Part shown: in pieces, positions 34,049 to 40,523 of the stretch
How positions within the stretch are numbered: position 1 is the first letter of the stretch
Layout of the letters: every line of letters starts with the position of its first letter
The notes under the pieces: model-generated
The model's database searches: none
What the model saw: the letters and a program-made list of their open reading frames with translations, nothing else
Told to the model about the DNA's origin: nothing
Made by a program: the position numbers and the translations under genes
Assembly: GCA_002497765.1 (NCBI GenBank)
Contig: DAET01000045.1
Coordinates: 36,326-99,925 of the forward strand
Length of the DNA stretch: 63,600 nucleotides
Direction: 5' to 3'
Origin: Euryarchaeota archaeon UBA486
GTDB lineage: Archaea; Thermoplasmatota; Poseidoniia; Poseidoniales; Poseidoniaceae

Positions 34049-35500
34049 TCAGGGTTGCTGAACACAAATGTTGGTCAATTCCGAAAAGAAATTCACCGAC
34101 CATGCGCCACCTTCTCGGCCAACACCGGATTGCTTGACACCGCCGAAGGGCGTTCGCAGGTCTCGGTTGAGCCAGGTGTTCACCCAAACAATGCCGGTGT
34201 CAAGTCGCTGAGCGAAGCGATGACCCCGCTCGGTGTCCGCCGTCCAGACTGAACCTGCCAGCCCGTATTCTGTAGCGTTGGCCATCTCAACGGCTTCGTC
34301 CTCGGTGTGAAAGGCATGAAGCGTGACCACCGGCCCGAAAATTTCCTCGGTGGCCGTGCGAGAGGTGTGGCTCAAGCCTTCGATCACGGTTGGTCGCAAA
34401 AAAGCGCCTTGTTGAGAAACGCCCTCAACGGGGGCATCGCCCGAGGTCCCACCGGTGAGGACTCGCCCGCCCTCCTCGACAGCCAGTCGGATGTACGACT
34501 CCACCTTGCCTCGATGGTCGTGAGAAATCACCGAGCCCATGCTGGTCTGTTCTTCGCTCGGGTCGCCCACCGTGATGCTTTCGACGGCTTCGGTAAATTT
34601 CGATTTGAACAATTCGTAGATGGAGGCGTCCACTAAAATTCGTGAACCACAAAGACACACTTGGCCCGAATTGGTGAACGATGCACGCACCAGACCGGCC
34701 ATGATCTCGTCAAGCGGCGCATCGTCCAACACGACGGTCGCATTCTTGCCTCCCAATTCAAGGGAGAGCTTCTTGAACATGGGGGCGGCGGTGGCGGCGA
34801 CGATTTTCCCTGTGGCCGTGCCACCGGTGAACGAAACACCGCGAATGTCGGGATGTTCGACGATGGCCTGGCCGACGTCTGGTCCAAGGCCGTGGACGAG
34901 GTTGAACACCCCGCTGGGGAAACCAATGCGCTCCATCACCACGGCAAGGTGGTTGGCCGTCAGGGGGGTGAGTTCCGAGGGTTTCGCCACGATGGTGTTG
35001 CCCATCAGCAAGGCCGGGGCCACTTTCCACGAGAGCAGGTAGAGCGGAAGGTTCCATGGCGTGATGAGACCGACGCAGCCGATGGGTGAGCGATGAAGGT
35101 GATTGATGGCGCCGTGGTCGGTGAAGGTCGGGTCACTGTGCTGTGCCCCGAATTCAGCAAAGAAGCGAAAATTGGACACCGACCGAGCCGCATCAACTCG
35201 CCGTGCGAGGGCGATGGGTTTGCCCGTGTCCTTGCTCTCAAGTTGAGCGACGGTTTCACGGTCATCTTCCAGTGCATCGGCGATTCGGTGCAACCATGCG
35301 ATGCGCTCATCCATGGTGGTGGCGGCCCAAGCAGGGGCTGCTCGGAGGGCGGCCGCCGTCGCTGCCTCGACGTCGTCTGAGGATGATTTGGGCAGGGTGG
35401 TGATGACCTCGCCCGTGGCTGGATTCACCGTGTTGAGGGTGGTTCCGTTCTGGGCGGGAACGAAGGCGCCGTCAATGAAATTGAGCACCGGGTCCATCAT
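34049..35500 (-). CDS. NAD(P)+-dependent aldehyde dehydrogenase (muconate-semialdehyde dehydrogenase-like)
   Basis: Start moved to MMDPVLNFIDGAFVPA. That ATG overlaps the upstream stop as ATGA (35497-35500). Motifs: ITPWNLPL, SFTGGTATGK, LELGGKNA (catalytic Glu), FTNSGQVCLCGSR (catalytic Cys), EEIFGPV. Confidence 0.85.
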   Translation of the reverse strand: MMDPVLNFIDGAFVPAQNGTTLNTVNPATGEVITTLPKSSSDDVEAATAAALRAAPAWAATTMDERIAWLHRIADALEDDRETVAQLESKDTGKPIALARRVDAARSVSNFRFFAEFGAQHSDPTFTDHGAINHLHRSPIGCVGLITPWNLPLYLLSWKVAPALLMGNTIVAKPSELTPLTANHLAVVMERIGFPSGVFNLVHGLGPDVGQAIVEHPDIRGVSFTGGTATGKIVAATAAPMFKKLSLELGGKNATVVLDDAPLDEIMAGLVRASFTNSGQVCLCGSRILVDASIYELFKSKFTEAVESITVGDPSEEQTSMGSVISHDHRGKVESYIRLAVEEGGRVLTGGTSGDAPVEGVSQQGAFLRPTVIEGLSHTSRTATEEIFGPVVTLHAFHTEDEAVEMANATEYGLAGSVWTADTERGHRFAQRLDTGIVWVNTWLNRDLRTPFGGVKQSGVGREGGAWSVNFFSELTNICVQQP

Positions 35501-36615
35501 ATCACGTCCGGCTCGTAATTCCAGCGGTCTTGGTCGGGGTCCCACTCGTCCCATGTCGGCACGGTTTCGAGGACGTCAACGTAGTGTTCGGGCACAATGC
35601 CCGGCACGATGAAGGCTTTCTGCCGATGCAGCGGGTAGGGGTTTCGAAGGTTGATGCCCAGTACCCCCAGCAGGGCGCGGGCGACGTACCACGTGGCTTG
35701 GGAGTTCCAACCGTGGGCGATTTTCACCACAATGCCGAGTCCTTTGGGGAAGTCGGGATGTTCGATGGCCATGCCGAGTAGGCCGTCTGCGCCTTCCTTG
35801 GCAATCACCGTTCCTTCGCCGGCCTTCAAAATTGTGGAATCCAGCCGGTTGAAGCCGCCCACCAGGTCAGGGTGCCGGACCATCGCTTCCCAAATCCAGT
35901 CTTCGTCTTTGTCCCGCACAAGTCCGGCGTAAATCTGTGCCAGTTCAGCCACGGTGTTGGACACGGTGGGCAGGCCGCACCCGTCCTTAGCGATGCGGAG
36001 CGGCGACCAATCCTCACCGAGGTAGGTGCGCAACTGCTCCATGTAGGCGTGGAACACTTCGTGGTTGGGGAGGGTGTAGCCAGCACGATTCCAGCCCTTC
36101 TTCCGGCATCCACGGAGAATGGCGGCGTGTTCCCCAGAACACGTGTGGAACCAACGGCGAGGGCGGCGAACTTGACGACCAAACTGAATCAGCGGAACAT
36201 CCAGCGGCGTGAGCATGAGCGGCCACTCGGGTTCGGAGAGAAGGGATTGCGCCGCAGCGACGTGCTCGGTGTCACCGTTGTGGGAGGCCACGGCAATCGC
36301 TTTCTGTTCCCACGAACAATCCTCGAGTTCCTCGGTGAAAGCTTTGAGCATGAAGGGTTTCATCATCGAGCGGCCATAACACAACACGTTACCGCCAAAG
36401 GAATGGATGACTTCGTCGCCGTGAGCCCATGCCACTGCACCATGAATGGTGGTCTCTGAGACGCCGTTTCTTCGGTAGTCCACCAGCGGTTCCCACGCCA
36501 CTTCACGCCCGGTGGGAATCCCTTCGACTTGCTCGCCCAAGGGGGAGTCTGGGTACATCGCCGAACCCGGTTTGCCGGGCTGAACCGCCGAATACGTGTC
36601 GTGATGGATGCTCAT
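35497..36615 (-). CDS. Asparaginase-II family (Rhizobium etli-type) amidohydrolase-like protein
   Basis: 372 aa. GRSMMKPFM (S-x-x-K), ASHNGDTEH, HTCSGEHAAI and AKDGCGLPT match, from memory, the motif set of the PF06089-type asparaginase family. The start codon directly follows the LLM gene stop (TGAATG). Confidence 0.65.
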   Translation of the reverse strand: MSIHHDTYSAVQPGKPGSAMYPDSPLGEQVEGIPTGREVAWEPLVDYRRNGVSETTIHGAVAWAHGDEVIHSFGGNVLCYGRSMMKPFMLKAFTEELEDCSWEQKAIAVASHNGDTEHVAAAQSLLSEPEWPLMLTPLDVPLIQFGRQVRRPRRWFHTCSGEHAAILRGCRKKGWNRAGYTLPNHEVFHAYMEQLRTYLGEDWSPLRIAKDGCGLPTVSNTVAELAQIYAGLVRDKDEDWIWEAMVRHPDLVGGFNRLDSTILKAGEGTVIAKEGADGLLGMAIEHPDFPKGLGIVVKIAHGWNSQATWYVARALLGVLGINLRNPYPLHRQKAFIVPGIVPEHYVDVLETVPTWDEWDPDQDRWNYEPDVI

Positions 36616-37866
36616 TCAATCATCCTCCAGCATGGATTCGACCAAGGGGACGACCTGTTGCATGTAGGCAGTCATGTTCCGACAAACCCTGTCCGAGTCG
36701 TGATTGAAGAAGTCAAACCAAGCCATGATGCGATCCTCTGGGTGGAAACGCTCAACCATTTGCTGCGCCACTTCCTCCACGTTCCCGATAAGAGCGTTGT
36801 TGGCTGCCCGGCTGACCTTGTTGGGGTCGATGGTGCCTTCGAGGGCATTCCAGTAGGCGCTCAATGCCTGGTCGGCTTCAGCTTGGGCGGCTTTGGATTG
36901 TTCTTCCGGGGTGAGTCCTTCTTCTGCGTTCAAGAACACAAAACTGGTTCGCGGCATGTCGCCCCGGTTCCACGCACCACCATCGGCGTGGTACACTTCT
37001 CGCATGCGCTCGTGCGTTGCATCAATGACCTCTGGTGAAGTGATGGAGAGGTTGAACACTTTAACGGGCAGGATCGTGTTCACGAAGGTCTGGGCGCGTG
37101 GGTCGTGGGTGCCTGCCACCAGCCGAAGCAAGTCTTTTCTGAACTCGGTCGGAACGATCTTGAGGTCCTCAAAGACGTAGCGAGGTGGGATTTCAATGGT
37201 TTCAGGCCGATGGTCAAGCGCTTCAAATTCTACTGCGGCGTTTTGCACCGCCACCCAGTCCTCGTCGCTACGGAAATTGTCGCGTGTCAGGACGGTGGAG
37301 CGGATCATCTCGGAATTGATGACATCGCCACGGAGCAAGCGAAGGAAAATCTCTGCGGCTTCCATGAAGATTTGTCCGCGAAGGGCTGGCCACGCCGCTT
37401 CTTCGATGGCGTTGCGTGGCACAACACCGTACGGACGCGCCATGAATTCGAATCGGCCGGCTGAAAATCCAACGTGCAGGCATCGGTGCTCGTTCTCATC
37501 AAGGCCGTGCAGGCTCAGCAGGTTGGCCATGCGTTCGGCCTGAGCGATGGGGCCGCCCGAGGCGAGGATGGAGACCACAGCGCTCCCAATTTCGATGTTG
37601 TTGGTTCGCCGGAACGACTCAAGCGCAAGCTGTGGAAAATCCGTGCACAGGCCAACTTCCCCTTTCCAGTGGGGGACCACCGGCTTGGTGTTGGATTTCT
37701 GCGTCTCCGTCGACAAGTGTGCCTGAGCAATCCAACCCACGCCAAAGCCGAGTTCATCGGCGCAAGCCAACTGCTGGAAGTAGTTCCGTAGCATGGTGGC
37801 TTCGTTGGGAATGTGCCCGTGTTCGTCGGGCGTCTGCGAGATGGAGAAGAAGATGTCATGCTCCAT
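36616..37866 (-). CDS. LLM-class (luciferase-like) flavin-dependent oxidoreductase/monooxygenase
   Basis: Start moved to MEHDIFFSISQTP. TIM-barrel LLM pattern (ELGFGVGWIAQAHLS...; IGSAVVSILASGGPIAQAERMANL; GLHVGFSAGR). ~416 aa, longer than typical LLM proteins. Confidence 0.7.
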   Translation of the reverse strand: MEHDIFFSISQTPDEHGHIPNEATMLRNYFQQLACADELGFGVGWIAQAHLSTETQKSNTKPVVPHWKGEVGLCTDFPQLALESFRRTNNIEIGSAVVSILASGGPIAQAERMANLLSLHGLDENEHRCLHVGFSAGRFEFMARPYGVVPRNAIEEAAWPALRGQIFMEAAEIFLRLLRGDVINSEMIRSTVLTRDNFRSDEDWVAVQNAAVEFEALDHRPETIEIPPRYVFEDLKIVPTEFRKDLLRLVAGTHDPRAQTFVNTILPVKVFNLSITSPEVIDATHERMREVYHADGGAWNRGDMPRTSFVFLNAEEGLTPEEQSKAAQAEADQALSAYWNALEGTIDPNKVSRAANNALIGNVEEVAQQMVERFHPEDRIMAWFDFFNHDSDRVCRNMTAYMQQVVPLVESMLEDD

Positions 37867-37917
37867 GGCCACGCACCGGTCTGTCCACGGGGCCATGGCT
37901 CATAATGATGGTGAGCC

Positions 37918-38766
37918 TCAAGATTCGGATGAATCCTCAGCCGGTTGGTTTCTGAGTTCGGTTAGGTCATGGATTCGCTGACGCAAGGGAGCAGGTGCCG
38001 GGCTGTTCGCAGCAATGAACTCGTGGAGGGCGTCGGACAGCACGAGCATGGCCGTCTCGTAGTCCTGCTCAATTTCAGCCAAATCGGCGAGGCCCCATCG
38101 GGCCACAAGTTGACCCGAGAGGATCTCCATGGACTTGGCCAAGTCAAGGGACCGTTCGAACAAGTCTCGCGCTGCACCGAATTCACCGATGGTCGCCTGG
38201 CAGTGGGCGAGGTCAGCCAAGGCTTCCATCTGCCCCACATCGTCCTTCATCGAGATGAGGAGTTCCAGTCGTTCGGTGCCAACGGCGATGGCCGTGTCCT
38301 CGTCATGCTGACGCTTGGCAACGGTCATCAGCAAGGCCATGCCGTAGGCCATCCCCTCCTTGTCCTCGATGGTTTGTCGAATCCGGAGGGCGTGCTGAGC
38401 GGTGGCCCGTGCCTCGTCGAGTTGTCCATCCGCAAGGTAGAGCAAGGCTACGTAGTGGTTGACTGCAGCGGTGAGGGACGATGCTCCTTCCATGCGTTCG
38501 GCATCCTCCGCGAGGCGGAGGTAGCTCTCAAGGCTGGCTTCAACCACTTTCAGGGCTTCAAAACGGGCCCAACCTTGCTCCTCATCCGTCTTGGCCACGA
38601 TACTGGCGTGCTCGAGCAACTTTTCCACGAGGTCCGAATCTTCCAATTCTTGGGCCAGAGGGATGAGGCGGAGGGCGAGCGAGGTGTTGATGTGGTCCAT
38701 TGACCCACCGCCGGTGAGCATGCCGAGAACCTGAGAAGCCATTTCCGGCGACATGTCGGTTTCCAT
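37918..38766 (-). CDS. TPR-like helical repeat protein (hypothetical)
   Basis: 282 aa, acidic, all-helical, with repeating ~40-aa units of the type A..HYVALLYLADGQLDEARATAQHALRI / ALADLAHCQATIGEFGAARDLFERSLDLA. Confidence 0.55.
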   Translation of the reverse strand: METDMSPEMASQVLGMLTGGGSMDHINTSLALRLIPLAQELEDSDLVEKLLEHASIVAKTDEEQGWARFEALKVVEASLESYLRLAEDAERMEGASSLTAAVNHYVALLYLADGQLDEARATAQHALRIRQTIEDKEGMAYGMALLMTVAKRQHDEDTAIAVGTERLELLISMKDDVGQMEALADLAHCQATIGEFGAARDLFERSLDLAKSMEILSGQLVARWGLADLAEIEQDYETAMLVLSDALHEFIAANSPAPAPLRQRIHDLTELRNQPAEDSSES

Positions 38767-38775
38767 GGTTTCACC

Positions 38776-39591
38776 TCAAATGGAGCGCAAGCGGCCACCG
38801 TCCACGGCCAAACTCACGCCACGGATGCCACCTGATGCAGGGAGGCAAAGGTACGTGATGGCGCTGGCGGTCTCGAGGGGGTCGATGAGCCGGCCGATGG
38901 GGACCTGCCCCAACCAACCCTCTCGAACAGCCTCGGCGGATTTGCCCGTCCGCTCCTGGATGGACGCCGAGAGGTTGCCGAGCCGTTCAGTATCGGTGAA
39001 TCCCGGCAGAACGTTGTTGATGGTGATGCACGGGGCCAACTCGTTGGACATGGATTTGGCCCACGAGGCCATGGCTCCGCGAAGGGTGTTCGAAAGGCCG
39101 ATGTTAGGAATGGGCTCCTTGACCGAGGTGGAGATGATCTGGACGATTCTTCCGTAGCCTGCGGTCTCCATGCCCGGGACAGCTGCCTTGACGAGGGTAT
39201 GTGCGGCGTGAAGATGGCGCCTAAACGGGGCGTCAAAGTCCTCGACGACGTTGTTCAAGAGTGGACCGCCGGGTGGGCCGCCTGCATTGTTGATGAGGAT
39301 GTGAACGGGGCCCAAAGTTTCGGCAGCCGATGCGAAGGCTCCGGCCAACCCATCGGTTTCTTCGAGGTCCAACATGAGGGCTTGGTGCCGTCCATCACCA
39401 AGGCCGGCGAGTTCTTCGCACAGCGCGGTCAGCGCTGCGCCGTTTCGGGCGCAAACGGTGATGTCTGCTCCAGCCTTCGCCATCATTTTGGCCGTTGCTT
39501 CACCGATGCCTTTGCTGGCACCACAAACAAAGGCGTGCTTCCCCTTGAGGGCGGTTGATGAGAACGGGTAGTCGTCTCCGAGGAGGTCCAT
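38776..39591 (-). CDS. SDR-family oxidoreductase (BKR-like atypical subgroup)
   Basis: 271 aa. GKHAFVCGASKGIGEATA (Rossmann loop) and LINNAGG are present. The usual YxxxK region reads LSNTLRGAMASWAKS: Lys is retained and no Tyr sits at the canonical position. Confidence 0.8.
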   Translation of the reverse strand: MDLLGDDYPFSSTALKGKHAFVCGASKGIGEATAKMMAKAGADITVCARNGAALTALCEELAGLGDGRHQALMLDLEETDGLAGAFASAAETLGPVHILINNAGGPPGGPLLNNVVEDFDAPFRRHLHAAHTLVKAAVPGMETAGYGRIVQIISTSVKEPIPNIGLSNTLRGAMASWAKSMSNELAPCITINNVLPGFTDTERLGNLSASIQERTGKSAEAVREGWLGQVPIGRLIDPLETASAITYLCLPASGGIRGVSLAVDGGRLRSI

Positions 39592-39691
39592 GCATCGGCG
39601 AAATCGCCACAGGTCATAGCCCTTGGGTTGAACCCAGCCGTATGAGGGGGCTACGGTGTTGGCGCTTCAGGTGCCATGGGCGGGCTTCCGC

Positions 39692-40438
39692 TCACAGCCA
39701 GTCGAGGACGGTGTTGAGTTGGACCAACCAGTCATCGGAGGCCACGTCGATGATGTCGTAGTGGTCGCCGGGCAGCCACACTTTCTGCACGTCGGCCCCC
39801 TTGGCCTTCATGACTCGGGCGTAGGTTTCCGATTGTCCGAGCGGCACGTCCACGTCATGCTCACCGTGGAAGAGCAAGACGCTCGTAGTGGGAGGGTGGT
39901 CGACGGGGTTGAGTTGCCGCCATACCGCTTCGTTTTCTTCGGGTGATGAACCAATCCATCGACGCACGGCGTCGCCCTCGTCTGAAAGTTTGGCGTGATC
40001 GGCGCCGATGAGGTCGGTGATGGGGGCTTGGGCAATGGCGAGCCAGGGACGGCGCTCAGCTTTGGCGCCCATCAACAAGGCCAATTGACCACCGGCAGAG
40101 TGACCCATGACCATGGAGCGCGTGATGTCGATGCCTGGAATCAGCGAAAGGTGCCCCCACGCCCTCAACACATCGGAGAGGGTGTCCATCCACACGCCAT
40201 CTTCCTCGGGAGACCACCGCTTGTATTCGACGTTCCATGCGGCAACACCGGCTTCTGCAAGGTCCTCGGCGATGGGTTGCATCAAGTCGAGGGTGTACTG
40301 CTCTTTCCAGAAGCCACCATGGATGAGCATGACGCACGGGATGCCTTCGTCCTTCTGAAACGGTGAGGGGTCATCGGGCATGTAGAGGTCGGCGATTTGC
40401 CACGCCTCTGCGCCCCATTGGACTCGGTCAACCGCCAT
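39692..40438 (-). CDS. Alpha/beta hydrolase (esterase / arylformamidase-like)
   Basis: 248 aa. Oxyanion motif MLIHGGFWKEQY, nucleophile elbow GHSAGGQLAL, C-terminal FHGEHDVDVP (Asp/His region). The HGG[FY]W + GHSAG combination occurs in kynurenine formamidase-type and HSL-type esterases. Confidence 0.75.
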   Translation of the reverse strand: MAVDRVQWGAEAWQIADLYMPDDPSPFQKDEGIPCVMLIHGGFWKEQYTLDLMQPIAEDLAEAGVAAWNVEYKRWSPEEDGVWMDTLSDVLRAWGHLSLIPGIDITRSMVMGHSAGGQLALLMGAKAERRPWLAIAQAPITDLIGADHAKLSDEGDAVRRWIGSSPEENEAVWRQLNPVDHPPTTSVLLFHGEHDVDVPLGQSETYARVMKAKGADVQKVWLPGDHYDIIDVASDDWLVQLNTVLDWL

Positions 40439-40523
40439 GTCATCGTCTCAAGTCGTTGGGCTATCATGCTTGTGTCCCTCCTTGAGGGGAAAGGGCTTTC
40501 ATACGCCCAACCATACACAAACC

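Noticed and set aside
39592-39691. 100-nt intergenic region with the 13-bp palindrome TGGGTTGAACCCA as a possible ncRNA or operator
   Set aside because: There is no extended secondary structure or recognisable RNA family motif. It is a single short palindrome with no second copy in the window.
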